This document shows, piece after piece, positions 7,428 through 17,386 of a stretch of 32,000 nucleotides of DNA. The DNA comes from Sinorhizobium meliloti (GTDB taxonomy: Bacteria > Pseudomonadota > Alphaproteobacteria > Rhizobiales > Rhizobiaceae). The DNA is taken from assembly GCF_017876815.1 (NCBI RefSeq), contig NZ_JAGIOS010000001.1, forward strand, positions 3,810,001 to 3,842,000, read 5' to 3'. A program made the position numbers and the translations under genes. Within the stretch, counting starts at the first letter, position 1; each line of letters opens with the position of its first letter. The notes beneath the pieces are model-generated. The model did not search any database, was not told where the DNA came from, and saw only the letters and a program-made list of their open reading frames with translations.

Positions 7428-9620
7428 TTACATGGCGTCCATCGCGCCTATGGAGAAGAACAGCGTTTCGCCGGAGGAATCGTCGACGCCGTCATTGTCG
7501 GTGACGACATAGCCGTTGCCGGCTGCGTCGACTGCAAAGCCTTCGACCTTGTCGACGACATAGCCGTTGAGCGACTGCAGGTCCGGAATGAGGTCGCGCA
7601 CCTCTTCCTTGTTCACGACAGGCAGTTCCCCGCCGAGCGCCGCGGGTTTCAAATCCGCAAGCGCAACGCGGTAGAGCTTCTTGAGCTTGGCGGCTTCTCC
7701 GATCAGATTGTCACGCTCGACGATATAGGCGTAGTCTCCATGAACGGAGATTTCCGACAGGCCGACCCAGCCTTCCTCCGACTTTTCAAGCGGATAGCGC
7801 ACGGCGCCCCATTCTTTGCTCGACGGCTTGTAGGAGACGAGCTTGACGAAGCCCTTCTCGTCATCCTTCCATTCGCGCTGCACAGCCATCCAGAGAACCT
7901 GATCGTCCCCTTCGCCCACGACTGCGACGCCTTCGAAGCCGTAGCGGATCTCGTTGGCGCGCAATTCCTCCGGCAGCGCGATCTCCTGCTTGATCTCGCC
8001 CTTCTTGTTCACGTGCAGCAGCGCGTGGCTGTAGAGCTTGTCGGAATTGCCTTCCGAAGCGAGCCAGAAGCCGCCTTCGCCATCATTGGCGATGCCTTCG
8101 ATGTCGAGCTTCTGGGCGGGAGCGCCGTCACGGATGATCGGCAGGGCTTCCGTGATCAGCGCGGGCTTCTGCGTAGCGTCGATCGTGAAGATGGTCGGCT
8201 GCGACGAGAAGACGGAATCGTTGACCGCATGCAGGAAGCCGGGCTTGTCGGCAGCGGCAAGACCGGAAAGCGCCCCGAAGCCGATGGGCAGCCCGTCCTT
8301 CTCCACGGAACGGATCTGCGGATAGGCAGCCTCCCCCTCGCCGCGCTCGTAGATCATGACATGCGACCGCGCCCCGCCGTCTTCTACGAGATCGACCTCG
8401 TTGGCGGTCGCAAACAGGTTGCGCCCGGGAATGGCGACAGCGCCCTCGGGCGAAACGCCGGAGGGCAGAAGCTGCACCAGCTCCGGTTCGCCGCCCGTAT
8501 CCTTGTAGACGCCGACGATCGAGGCACGCTCGGACAGAACGAAGAAAAGCTTGTCTTCGCCGAATTGCGCCAGTTCCAGGCCTTCCGGCTCGACGCCCTT
8601 CGCCGAGGAACGCTTTTCCGGATAGTGGCCGATCGACGCGATAGCGCGTTCGAAGCCTGCTCCCGATTCGTAGAGGACCTTCCCGGTCGTGTCGAAGATC
8701 GTGAAGCCGCGGCTCCCGCCCTCGTAGTCGCCCTCATTGGCGACGACCAGACGATCGTCGTCGAGCCACTTGATCGCATCGGGTTCGCGCTTGCGGCCCG
8801 CCTGCTCGCCGGTGAAGGCGATGGAGCCGTCACGCTTGGTGTCGATAGCTTCGAGATCGACCGTGCCCGCAGGGAAATGCGTCTTCACGGTCGCGGACTT
8901 GCCGTCGATGACGACGATGTGGTTGTTCTCCTGGAGGGTGAGTGCAATCTCGTCCCTGCCGTTGAAGGCAACGAACTCCGGCTCGGGATCGTCGCCGGCG
9001 ACCTCGGCGAGACCGGTCAGCGTCACATGCTTGATCGTCGCGCAATCGGCCGCCCCGTCCTTCAGCGACAGGATCACGAGATCGCCTGCAGGCATCTGAG
9101 GGATCTGCCCGTCATTGACGTCCTCGTCGCGCTCGTTCTCGATCGCGATTGCGGCAAGCGTCCGATCCTTGTTCACGGCCACCGAGTCCGGCTGGCCGCC
9201 GAGATCGCAGGTGGCGTCCACCTTCCTCCCGGCAATGTCGACCACGGCGAGCACGCCGGACGGCTTGGTAAAGCTTTCGCTCGTGTTGACGGCAACGAGC
9301 GCTTTGGCGCCGGCTACCGCGACCGAAGTCGGCTCCCCGCTGAAAGAGACGATACCGCCTGCCTCAGGCGCCTTGGCATCGGTGATGTCGATGAACCCGA
9401 TGCGCTTGCCGGGACTGTCGGAATAGATCAGCGTATTGCCGTCTTCGCTTGCGGTGATGATTTCGGCCGATGTCGGCGCGTTCCGCTCGGCTCCCTCGGG
9501 CAAATTCGTGGCCACCGCAAAGGACGCGATGCGATTGAATACCTGTTCGGCCTGAACGACCGATGCCGTCGATGCGGCAAGCGCCGCGGCCAATGCCGTG
9601 GTGATGGAAAATGCTTTCAT
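7428..9620 (-). CDS. Secreted beta-propeller / phytase-like esterase-domain protein (putative phosphoesterase), about 730 aa
   Basis: The start is the ATG at 9620, preceded by GGAGGGA. Sec-type signal peptide MKAFSITTALAAALAASTASVVQA|EQ. The body has repeated D/E/G-rich beta-strand-like blocks resembling the choice-of-anchor-I and phytase-like esterase families. Family assignment is from memory and was not searched. Confidence 0.8.
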   Translation of the reverse strand: MKAFSITTALAAALAASTASVVQAEQVFNRIASFAVATNLPEGAERNAPTSAEIITASEDGNTLIYSDSPGKRIGFIDITDAKAPEAGGIVSFSGEPTSVAVAGAKALVAVNTSESFTKPSGVLAVVDIAGRKVDATCDLGGQPDSVAVNKDRTLAAIAIENERDEDVNDGQIPQMPAGDLVILSLKDGAADCATIKHVTLTGLAEVAGDDPEPEFVAFNGRDEIALTLQENNHIVVIDGKSATVKTHFPAGTVDLEAIDTKRDGSIAFTGEQAGRKREPDAIKWLDDDRLVVANEGDYEGGSRGFTIFDTTGKVLYESGAGFERAIASIGHYPEKRSSAKGVEPEGLELAQFGEDKLFFVLSERASIVGVYKDTGGEPELVQLLPSGVSPEGAVAIPGRNLFATANEVDLVEDGGARSHVMIYERGEGEAAYPQIRSVEKDGLPIGFGALSGLAAADKPGFLHAVNDSVFSSQPTIFTIDATQKPALITEALPIIRDGAPAQKLDIEGIANDGEGGFWLASEGNSDKLYSHALLHVNKKGEIKQEIALPEELRANEIRYGFEGVAVVGEGDDQVLWMAVQREWKDDEKGFVKLVSYKPSSKEWGAVRYPLEKSEEGWVGLSEISVHGDYAYIVERDNLIGEAAKLKKLYRVALADLKPAALGGELPVVNKEEVRDLIPDLQSLNGYVVDKVEGFAVDAAGNGYVVTDNDGVDDSSGETLFFSIGAMDAM

Positions 9621-9690
9621 CTGTCCCTCCTTGTCGCGACACGCCTTTGCGCTTCCGCGTGCGTCCGAAAACGTCGGACGGGAGGCTTTT

Positions 9691-9719
9691 GCAACTGTCC
9701 TGTAACAGCTGGATGACAG
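9691..9719 (-). promoter_or_regulatory. Pho-box-like PhoB binding site upstream of the phytase-like gene
   Basis: The minus strand reads CTGTCAT-ccag-CTGTTAC-agga-CAGTTGC. These are three 7-mers in 11-bp phasing; the first is a perfect CTGTCAT. The site lies 72-99 nt upstream of the ATG at 9620. Confidence 0.55.
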
Positions 9720-9732
9720 CGAGGCTTGGAAT

Positions 9733-9759
9733 GAAAAGAGGCCCGGATGACCGGGCCTC
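9733..9759 (-). terminator. Rho-independent terminator of hupB
   Basis: The minus strand reads gaggcccgg-tcat-ccgggcctc followed by ttttc, about 90 nt downstream of the hupB stop. Confidence 0.8.
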
Positions 9760-9850
9760 AATCAACCTGCCGAATGCCGCCTGGGCGGTATCGCGACAGA
9801 TGGAACATGAACCAGTAGCGGACGGAGGCACCCGCCGCTCAATCGGTAAA

Positions 9851-10123
9851 TTAGTTGACGGCGTCCTTGAGGCCCTTGCCGGCCGTGAACTTCGGCACGT
9901 TGCGTGCCGGGATGTCAACTTCCGCACCCGTCGACGGGTTGCGGCCCTTGCTGGCTTCGCGGCGCGATACGGAGAAATTGCCGAAGCCGACGAGGCGGAT
10001 GTCGCCGCCGTTCTTCAGTTCGCCCTGAATGGTCTCAAAAACTGCATCAACGGCAGAAGACGCATCTGCCTTCGAGAGTCCGGCCTTGTCGGCTACGGCA
10101 GCCACGAGCTCATTTTTGTTCAT
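9851..10123 (-). CDS. hupB: DNA-binding protein HU (90 aa)
   Basis: MNKNELVAAVADKAGLSKADASSAVDAVFETIQGELKNGGDIRLVGFGNFSVSRREASKGRNPSTGAEVDIPARNVPKFTAGKGLKDAVN is a full-length HU/IHF fold signature. ATG at 10123. Confidence 0.95.
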   Translation of the reverse strand: MNKNELVAAVADKAGLSKADASSAVDAVFETIQGELKNGGDIRLVGFGNFSVSRREASKGRNPSTGAEVDIPARNVPKFTAGKGLKDAVN

Positions 10124-10255
10124 GTTTCCACCCCTTTCATGCTGGTTCGAAACGACTGTCTTCTTAAGGCGGGGCTGCGAGAGCAATGCCCACGTCTTGC
10201 CATTCCCAATTGCGCCTAATCCCTTGGAATGCAAGGGTTGCAGCATGCTTTTACA

Positions 10256-10284
10256 ACAAAAAAGACCGGCAGAACGCCGGTCTT
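10256..10284 (-). terminator. Rho-independent terminator of lon
   Basis: The minus strand reads aagaccggc-gttct-gccggtctt followed by ttttttg, about 60 nt downstream of the lon stop. Confidence 0.8.
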
Positions 10285-10344
10285 CCTTGTTTTTCTGGCC
10301 GAAGGGCGCAAGCGGGACACACTTACCACCCTATCTGCACTGCC

Positions 10345-12765
10345 TCAGTGGGCAATCGAAGTGCCCGCTTCGTCCTGCGAATCAACGGACGGCAGGGCGG
10401 CCGGCTGGCTTGCCGGATCCCATTCGATGGGCTCCGGAAGCCGCAGCAACGCGTGCGCGATCACCTCGCCCATCCGCGAAACGGGGATGATTTCGAGGCT
10501 GTTCTTGACGTTGTCAGGGATGTCGGCGAGGTCCTTGGCGTTCTCCTCGGGGATCAGCACCTTCTTGATGCCGCCGCGCAGAGCCGCCAGCAACTTCTCC
10601 TTCAAACCACCGATCGGCAGGACGCGTCCACGCAGGGTGATTTCACCCGTCATCGCCACGTCCTTGGAGATCGGGATACCGGTCATCACCGACACGATCG
10701 CCGTCGCCATGGCCACACCGGCGGACGGACCGTCCTTCGGGGTTGCTCCCTCGGGCACGTGGACGTGAATGTCGCGCTTGTCGAACAGCGGCGGCTCGAT
10801 GCCGAAATCGATCGCGCGCGAGCGGACATAGGATGCCGCTGCCGAAATGGATTCCTTCATCACGTCACGCAGGTTGCCGGTAACCGTCATGCGGCCCTTG
10901 CCGGGCATCATCACGCCCTCGATCGTCAGCAGTTCGCCGCCGACCTCGGTCCAGGCGAGACCGGTGACCACCCCGACCTGATCGTCGCGCTCGGCTTCGC
11001 CATGGCGGAAGCGCGGCACACCGAGATAGTCGTGGATGTTCTCGGCCGTCACTTCGACCTTCTTGGTCTTGCCCTTGAGGATCTCCGTCACCGCCTTGCG
11101 CGCCAGCTTCATCAGCTCGCGCTCGAAGTTGCGCACGCCCGCTTCTCGCGTGTAGTTCTGGATGACCGCCATAAGGGCGCCATCGGTCACGGAGAATTCG
11201 TTCGGCTGGAGCGCATGATCGCGGATCGCCTTCGGCAGCAGGTGCCGCTTGGCAATCTCCCGCTTTTCATCTTCGGTATAGCCGGCAATGCGGATGACTT
11301 CCATGCGGTCCATCAGCGGCGGCGGAATGTTGAGCGTGTTCGCCGTGGTGATGAACATCACGTTGGAGAGGTCGTATTCCACCTCCAGGTAGTGATCCAT
11401 GAACGTCGAGTTCTGTTCCGGGTCGAGCACCTCCAGAAGCGCCGAAGACGGATCGCCACGGAAGTCCTGGCCCATCTTGTCGATCTCGTCGAGCAGGAAG
11501 AGCGGATTGGACTTCTTCGCCTTCTTCATCGACTGGACGACCTTACCCGGCATGGAGCCGATATAGGTCCGCCGATGGCCGCGAATTTCGGCCTCGTCGC
11601 GAACGCCGCCCAGTGCCATGCGGATATATTCGCGGCCGGTCGCCTTGGCGATCGACTTGGCGAGCGACGTCTTGCCGACGCCGGGAGGACCGACGAGGCA
11701 CAGGATCGGCCCCTTGATCTTGGACGAACGGGCCTGCACCGCCAGGTACTCGACGATACGTTCCTTTACCTTGTCCAGACCGAAGTGATCGGTATCCAGC
11801 ACCTTTTCGGCGTGGTTGAGATCGGTCTTGATCTTCGACTTCTTGCCCCAGGGCAGGCCCAGCAGCCAGTCGAGATAGTTGCGGACCACAGTCGCTTCCG
11901 CCGACATCGGGCTCATCTGGCGCAGCTTCTTCAGCTCCGCATCCGCCTTTTCGCGGGCTTCCTTGGAGAGCTTCGTCTTGGAGATGCGCTCTTCCAGCTC
12001 GGCCATCTCGTCGCGGCCGTCCTCGCTGTCGCCGAGCTCCTTCTGAATCGCCTTCATCTGCTCATTGAGGTAGTACTCGCGCTGCGTCTTCTCCATCTGG
12101 CGCTTGACACGCGAACGGATGCGCTTTTCGACCTGAAGAACCGAAATCTCGCCTTCCATGAAGCCGAGCGCCTTTTCGAGGCGCATCTTCACGCTCGTCG
12201 TCTCCAGCATTTCCTGCTTTTCGACGATCTTGATCGACAGGTGGGATGCGACGGTATCAGCGAGCTTCGAGTAGTCTTCGATCTGGCTCGCGACGCCGAC
12301 GACTTCCGGCGAAATCTTCTTGTTGAGCTTCACATAGCTCTCGAATTCGGAAACGACCGAACGGCTCAGCGCCTCGATCTCGACCGGATCCTCGTCCGGT
12401 TCGGGCAGTGCATGGGCCATGGCCTCGTAAAAATCGTCACGCGGCGTATAGCGCTCGATCTCGGCACGCGACCGTCCTTCGACCAGAACCTTCACGGTGC
12501 CGTCGGGGAGCTTCAGAAGCTGCAGCACGTTTGCAATCGTGCCGACTTTGTAAATGGCGGAGGGTTCCGGATCGTCATCCGTAGCGTTGATCTGGGTCAC
12601 GAGCATGATCTGCTTGTCGGTACCCATGACCTCTTCGAGTGCACGGATCGACTTTTCCCGGCCGACGAAGAGCGGCACGATCATGTGGGGGAAGACCACG
12701 ATGTCACGCAGCGGCAGAACCGGATAGGTCGCGCTTTCAGTCGCCGGAGACGTTTTGTTCGTCAT
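10345..12765 (-). CDS. lon: ATP-dependent Lon protease (806 aa)
   Basis: LonA architecture. N-domain ([14 protein letters not shown]). Walker [10 protein letters not shown]. Proteolytic-domain active-site context [17 protein letters not shown] at 12765 follows AAGGAA. Confidence 0.97.
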   Translation of the reverse strand: MTNKTSPATESATYPVLPLRDIVVFPHMIVPLFVGREKSIRALEEVMGTDKQIMLVTQINATDDDPEPSAIYKVGTIANVLQLLKLPDGTVKVLVEGRSRAEIERYTPRDDFYEAMAHALPEPDEDPVEIEALSRSVVSEFESYVKLNKKISPEVVGVASQIEDYSKLADTVASHLSIKIVEKQEMLETTSVKMRLEKALGFMEGEISVLQVEKRIRSRVKRQMEKTQREYYLNEQMKAIQKELGDSEDGRDEMAELEERISKTKLSKEAREKADAELKKLRQMSPMSAEATVVRNYLDWLLGLPWGKKSKIKTDLNHAEKVLDTDHFGLDKVKERIVEYLAVQARSSKIKGPILCLVGPPGVGKTSLAKSIAKATGREYIRMALGGVRDEAEIRGHRRTYIGSMPGKVVQSMKKAKKSNPLFLLDEIDKMGQDFRGDPSSALLEVLDPEQNSTFMDHYLEVEYDLSNVMFITTANTLNIPPPLMDRMEVIRIAGYTEDEKREIAKRHLLPKAIRDHALQPNEFSVTDGALMAVIQNYTREAGVRNFERELMKLARKAVTEILKGKTKKVEVTAENIHDYLGVPRFRHGEAERDDQVGVVTGLAWTEVGGELLTIEGVMMPGKGRMTVTGNLRDVMKESISAAASYVRSRAIDFGIEPPLFDKRDIHVHVPEGATPKDGPSAGVAMATAIVSVMTGIPISKDVAMTGEITLRGRVLPIGGLKEKLLAALRGGIKKVLIPEENAKDLADIPDNVKNSLEIIPVSRMGEVIAHALLRLPEPIEWDPASQPAALPSVDSQDEAGTSIAH

Positions 12766-12846
12766 ATCATTTCCTTTCCGTCCCGATGTTCGGGCCCGTT
12801 TCCGGGAGCCTCTACGGCACTCCCGGCTGTCACATTTCGTACATGA

Positions 12847-12875
12847 AAGTGGAGTGCAAGAGAGGCCTTTTCAAG
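12847..12875 (-). promoter_or_regulatory. Candidate sigma-32 (heat-shock) promoter of lon
   Basis: The minus strand reads cTTGAAA-N14-CTCCACTT, compared with the E. coli-type consensus TTGAAA-N13-15-CCCCATNT. It lies about 85 nt upstream of the lon ATG. Motif match only. Confidence 0.35.
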
Positions 12876-13158
12876 GTACGGCGCAATCCCCGCCTTCATG
12901 GATAATCCCCGACCTTTAAGCTCGGATGCTGTTGCAGACCTTGCGACCTGCCCGGATATCGCGGTCCGCAAATACGCATCCATTGAATCGGCACATCATC
13001 GCGTTGTTGCGGCACTTTAGCAACAATCGATTGGTGCGATCACCATGATTTTGAACTGAAACATTCGAGCGAACGGGCCGGAACGGCGCCTGCAGAGCCG
13101 TCCTCCAAAACGCCGGTCCCCCCACCCCTTCGCCACCACGATCGCAACGGCGCACCAT

Positions 13159-13182
13159 GAAAAAGCCCGCACGCGGCGGGCT
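13159..13182 (-). terminator. Rho-independent terminator of clpX
   Basis: The minus strand reads agcccgc-cgcgt-gcgggct followed by ttttc, about 57 nt downstream of the clpX stop. Confidence 0.75.
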
Positions 13183-13238
13183 CTTCAAACAATCGTGAGC
13201 GGCGTTGCGCGCCCGATAAGACGCGCGGCGCTGTGGCC

Positions 13239-14516
13239 TCAAGCCGAAACGTTGGTCTTCTCCTCGGAACGCTCCGAGTAGATGTAGAGCGGCCTCGCCG
13301 TCCCCTTGACGACCTCGTCCGAAATGACGACTTCGCGAACGCCTTCCAGCGTCGGCAGTTCGAACATGGTGTCGAGCAGGATCTTCTCCATGATCGAACG
13401 CAGGCCGCGTGCGCCGGTCTTGCGGACGATGGCACGGCGGGCGATCTCACGCAGCGCGTCCTCGTGGAAGTTCAGTTCGACGTCTTCCATCTCGAAAAGC
13501 CGCTGATACTGCTTGACCAGAGCGTTCTTCGGCTCGGACAGAATCTGGATCAGCGCATCCTCGTCGAGATCCTCGAGCGTCGCCAGAACCGGCAAGCGCC
13601 CGATGAACTCCGGGATGAGGCCGAACTTGACCAGATCTTCCGGTTCGAGCTCGCGCAGCACCTCGCCGACGCGCCGGTCTTCCGGAGCGCGCACAGTCGC
13701 GCCGAAGCCGATCGACGTCTTCTCGCCGCGGGCGGAGATGATCTTGTCGAGGCCCGCAAAAGCGCCGCCGCAGATGAAGAGGATATTCGTCGTATCCACC
13801 TGCAGGAATTCCTGCTGCGGATGCTTACGGCCGCCCTGGGGCGGTACCGAGGCGACGGTACCTTCCATGATCTTCAGAAGCGCCTGCTGCACGCCCTCGC
13901 CCGAAACGTCGCGAGTGATCGACGGGTTGTCGGACTTACGGGAAATCTTGTCGACCTCGTCGATGTAGACGATGCCGCGCTGGGCGCGCTCGACGTTGTA
14001 ATCGGCCGCCTGCAGGAGCTTGAGGATGATGTTCTCGACGTCCTCACCGACATAGCCGGCCTCCGTCAGCGTCGTCGCGTCGGCCATCGTGAAGGGAACG
14101 TCGATGATGCGGGCGAGCGTCTGCGCCAGATAGGTCTTGCCGCAGCCGGTCGGCCCGACCAGCATGATGTTCGACTTCGCCAGCTCCACGTCGCTGCTCT
14201 TTGCCGCATGGGCAAGGCGCTTGTAGTGGTTATGCACGGCGACCGACAGGATGCGCTTGGCCTGCTGCTGGCCGATGACGTATTCGTCGAGGACCTTGAT
14301 GATCTCCTGCGGCGTCGGAACGCCGTCGCGGGACTTGACCATCGAGGTCTTGTTCTCTTCGCGGATGATGTCCATGCAGAGTTCGACGCATTCATCGCAG
14401 ATGAACACGGTCGGTCCGGCAATCAGCTTGCGGACTTCATGCTGGCTCTTGCCGCAAAACGAACAATAGAGGGTATTCTTCGAGTCACCGCCGTTGCTAC
14501 CGCTGACCTTGCTCAT
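13239..14516 (-). CDS. clpX: ATP-dependent Clp protease ATP-binding subunit ClpX (425 aa)
   Basis: N-terminal zinc-binding [26 protein letters not shown]. Walker A GPTGCGKT. Pore-1 loop GYVGEDV. The start is the ATG at 14516 (MSKVSGS...); the longer track ORF only adds an upstream extension. Confidence 0.96.
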   Translation of the reverse strand: MSKVSGSNGGDSKNTLYCSFCGKSQHEVRKLIAGPTVFICDECVELCMDIIREENKTSMVKSRDGVPTPQEIIKVLDEYVIGQQQAKRILSVAVHNHYKRLAHAAKSSDVELAKSNIMLVGPTGCGKTYLAQTLARIIDVPFTMADATTLTEAGYVGEDVENIILKLLQAADYNVERAQRGIVYIDEVDKISRKSDNPSITRDVSGEGVQQALLKIMEGTVASVPPQGGRKHPQQEFLQVDTTNILFICGGAFAGLDKIISARGEKTSIGFGATVRAPEDRRVGEVLRELEPEDLVKFGLIPEFIGRLPVLATLEDLDEDALIQILSEPKNALVKQYQRLFEMEDVELNFHEDALREIARRAIVRKTGARGLRSIMEKILLDTMFELPTLEGVREVVISDEVVKGTARPLYIYSERSEEKTNVSA

Positions 14517-14809
14517 TTCCACTTCCTTCCAGCACGCCGGACACCTTCGGAAAGATATCACGGACACTCAGTTCGCCTTGCACGTCGGCTCCAGGCGCCG
14601 CCCAAGGCTCTTGGGAGTACTCACCGTCCGGGCGGAGGCCCGATCACCGGTTGCAACGACTCTCCCCATCAAATCCGAATGCTATGCCCCTTGTTCCAAC
14701 ATAGCATTAAGGATTCATATTAACGGCTTTGCCCCTCGGATAAAGCCCCTTCGCCATTACAAATGTGTCACAATTACATCTGTGGCGACACAAAAGCCCG
14801 TGTTCGAAC

Positions 14810-15436
14810 CTATTCCATGCCCTCGACCGCATCGCGCGACGTGATCACCTTGTCGATCAAACCCCAGTCGAGCGCTTCGTCCGCGCTCATGAAATGATCG
14901 CGGTCGAGCGTCTGCTCGACTTCTTCGTAGGTGCGGCCGCAATGCTTGACGTAAACCTCGTTCAGCCGGCGCTTCATCTTGAGAATGTCGCGTGCATGCC
15001 GTTCGATGTCGGACGCCTGGCCCTGGAACCCGCCGGAGGGCTGGTGGACCATGATGCGCGAATTGGGCGTTGCGAACCGCATGTCCTTGTGACCGGCGGC
15101 AAGCAGCAGCGAGCCCATCGATGCCGCCTGGCCGATGCAGAGCGTCGAGACCGCCGGCTTGATGAACTGCATGGTGTCGTAGATCGCCATGCCCGCCGTC
15201 ACGACACCGCCCGGAGAGTTGATGTAGAGAGCGACTTCCTTCTTCGGGTTTTCCGCCTCGAGGAACAGCAGCTGTGCGCAGACCAGCGTCGCCATGTGGT
15301 CTTCGACCGGTCCCGTCAGGAAGATGATGCGCTCCTTGAGCAGTCGCGAATAGATGTCGTAGGATCGCTCGCCGCGATTGGTCTGCTCAACAACCATCGG
15401 CACCAGCGCCATGGCCGTATCAACTGGATTTCTCAT
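14810..15436 (-). CDS. clpP: ATP-dependent Clp protease proteolytic subunit ClpP (208 aa)
   Basis: [14 protein letters not shown]..., active-site Ser context [11 protein letters not shown], and MVHQPSGG. Confidence 0.96.
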
Positions 15437-15504
15437 ATCGAACCTTCATCAATCGGGACCGCATCCCTTCGCGGACCGGAATCATCGGATAAGCCTCAGA
15501 CCTT

Positions 15505-15534
15505 ACATAGAGTGTCAATGCCCTTCACTTCAAG
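15505..15534 (-). promoter_or_regulatory. Candidate sigma-32-type promoter of clpP
   Basis: The minus strand reads cTTGAAG-N15-CTCTATGT, about 70 nt upstream of the clpP ATG. A perfect TTGACA also sits inside the spacer. Motif match only. Confidence 0.35.
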
Positions 15535-15712
15535 ACGCGAACATTCGATAAACTGAATAGTCGCAGGCCCGGGGTCCAGAGCTTTTCATCGGCGTGGCGG
15601 ATTGGCGGTAGAACAATTTTCCAATTCTTGATGCCGTCGCGCATGCCCCCGGCCACCTTCCTCACAGGCATTCGCAATAGCGCGGTAAACGACCGGTAAA
15701 TTCCGTCGCCTC

Positions 15713-17278
15713 TCAAAGCTGTGACTCCAACGGCAGAAAGCGGATCACGCCAGCGATCAGCCGCCGGAGAATGCCTGCGTCCGGCTCGCGCCGCAGCAGC
15801 CGCAGCGAGCCGTTCGTCCGATCCCGCCATGCGGGCCGGCCGTCCTTCAGCATCAGGCGATAGCTCCGTTCCGGCGCCGTTTCCTCGTCGAATATCGATT
15901 GGAGCTCGGCGGCGAGCGCCTCGTCGGAAAAGACGATGCCCATCTCGGTGTTGAGCGACGCGGAACGCGGATCGAAATTCATGGAGCCGACGTAGCCGCA
16001 GAGGCCATCGACGACGAAGGCCTTGGTGTGGAGGCTCGCGTTTCGCGCTCCGAACAGCGACATACGGTGACGATCGAAGAAATCACCGCGCTCCTTGAGC
16101 TCGTAGAGCTCGACACCGCCGTCAAGCAGCCCTTTGCGATACTTCACGTAGCCGCCATGCACTGCCGCGACATCGGTTGCAGCGAGCGAATTCGTCAGTA
16201 CCGCCACCCTCGCGCCCTTTCCCGCGAGGAGCGCCAGCACGCGCGTCCCCGCTGCGCCGGGGATGAAGTAGGGCGAGATGATCCGCAGATCATGGCTGGC
16301 GCCCTTGATCAGCGGGAACAGTTCGCGCAGCAGCCAGTTCTGCCGCTTCTGCATCAGCGCCTTTTCCGGCGGGTCGAACGCCATGCGCACATCCGCGCTG
16401 CGATGGAGGGTCCGGCTTCCCCAGTAGGAGCCGGGACCCGCAGCCGCCGCGTCTGCGACCCTTTCCAGATAGAAGCGCGCGGCCGCCGTGCGCGCCAGCC
16501 CGTCCAGCGCCTCTCGCAGCGCCGGAAGGTACTGCTTGCGCGGCGTCCTGAGGGCTGCGATCGGCAGCACCGACGTGCTGTTCCAGTAGAGATCGAACAT
16601 GGCCGTCGCCTGGTCGACGACCGGACCCGCCATCCAGACGTCGAGGTCACGGAAGTTCGACAGTTCGGCCGCGTCGAAATAGGCGTCACCGATGTTGCGC
16701 CCACCGGATATCGCCAGCCGGCCATCGGCAACCCACAGCTTGTTGTGCATCCGGCGCGTCGCACTGAAGGCCCGTATCGCCATTTCGAACCCGCGGCGGA
16801 AGCGGTCCGTTCGTGCCCGGCTTGGATTGAAGAGGCGCACGTCGACATTCGGATGGGCGTCGAGCGAAATGCAGAGACGATCATGGATTCCTGCATTGAT
16901 ATCGTCGAGCAGCAGGCGGACGCGAACGCCGCGGTCGGCCGCCCGGATGATCTCGCGCGTCAGCAGAAACCCCGTCAGGTCGTCCTTCCAGTAGTAATAT
17001 TGCAGGTCGAGGCTGCGCCCCGCCCGGCGCGCCGAAAGCGCCCGCGCAACGAAGGCTTCGATGTTATCGGAAATGAGCGCGACCACGCTCTCGCCGGGGT
17101 GGGCGGCACCCAGCAGTGGGCCCAATTGCCGATCGATGCCCGTCTCGTCTCCGCCGATGGGGAGCGCGAATGAGGGTTCGGTCCGCGGCCTGCGGCCAAA
17201 CCAGCCGTAGACATAGAGGACCGCGACCAGGAAGAGCCCGCAGAGCGCTACGAGAAAAAGTGCAACCCACGACCACAT
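15713..17278 (-). CDS. Phospholipase D / cardiolipin-synthase-like family protein with two HKD motifs and an N-terminal membrane anchor
   Basis: HKD motifs MHNKLWVADGRLAISGGRNIGDAYF and LHTKAFVVDGLCGYVGSMNFDPRS. Hydrophobic N-terminus MWSWVALFLVALCGLFLVAVLYVYGWF. I prefer the ATG at 17278; the track's start at 17341 is a TTG. Confidence 0.88.
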   Translation of the reverse strand: MWSWVALFLVALCGLFLVAVLYVYGWFGRRPRTEPSFALPIGGDETGIDRQLGPLLGAAHPGESVVALISDNIEAFVARALSARRAGRSLDLQYYYWKDDLTGFLLTREIIRAADRGVRVRLLLDDINAGIHDRLCISLDAHPNVDVRLFNPSRARTDRFRRGFEMAIRAFSATRRMHNKLWVADGRLAISGGRNIGDAYFDAAELSNFRDLDVWMAGPVVDQATAMFDLYWNSTSVLPIAALRTPRKQYLPALREALDGLARTAAARFYLERVADAAAAGPGSYWGSRTLHRSADVRMAFDPPEKALMQKRQNWLLRELFPLIKGASHDLRIISPYFIPGAAGTRVLALLAGKGARVAVLTNSLAATDVAAVHGGYVKYRKGLLDGGVELYELKERGDFFDRHRMSLFGARNASLHTKAFVVDGLCGYVGSMNFDPRSASLNTEMGIVFSDEALAAELQSIFDEETAPERSYRLMLKDGRPAWRDRTNGSLRLLRREPDAGILRRLIAGVIRFLPLESQL

Positions 17279-17386
17279 CAGATGCTGCCCTGCCGCAGGT
17301 TTCACCGGAGCCGGATCAAGGGTGAAACATGCAGAAACCAAAGTACGACGGCGACCATTGCGCCTTCTATGAGGCGTGCGACACCG

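Noticed and set aside
7419-9716. 765-aa plus-strand ORF opposite the phytase-like gene
   Set aside because: The minus frame has an SD, a signal peptide and globular composition. The plus frame is R/D/G/A-rich and lacks motifs. Similar mirror artefacts were rejected at 15899-17173 (+), 18350-19633 (-), 20280-21848 (+) and 28238-29350 (+).
9621-9761. N-terminal extensions given by the ORF track (here 47 codons). The same applies to cupin 1672-1755, hupB 10124-10246, clpX 14517-14567, CoA-binding 22281-22451, rplM 24964-25038, ureohydrolase 25879-26127, argC 27112-27177, MPP 29357-29683 and Vat 31079-31255.
   Set aside because: Internal ATGs preceded by good SD sequences give N-termini matching the family norm (signal peptide, or conserved first motifs). 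The extensions run through upstream genes, terminators or promoters.
10186-12846. 886-aa plus-strand ORF opposite lon
   Set aside because: Lon is unambiguous on the minus strand, so this is an antisense artefact.
13017-13064. 15-codon minus-strand ORF (MFQFKIMVIAPIDCC) in the clpX-lon spacer
   Set aside because: It has no Shine-Dalgarno sequence, is too short to evaluate, and I cannot assess its conservation.
13233-14723. 496-aa plus-strand ORF opposite clpX
   Set aside because: ClpX is unambiguous on the minus strand, so this is an antisense artefact.
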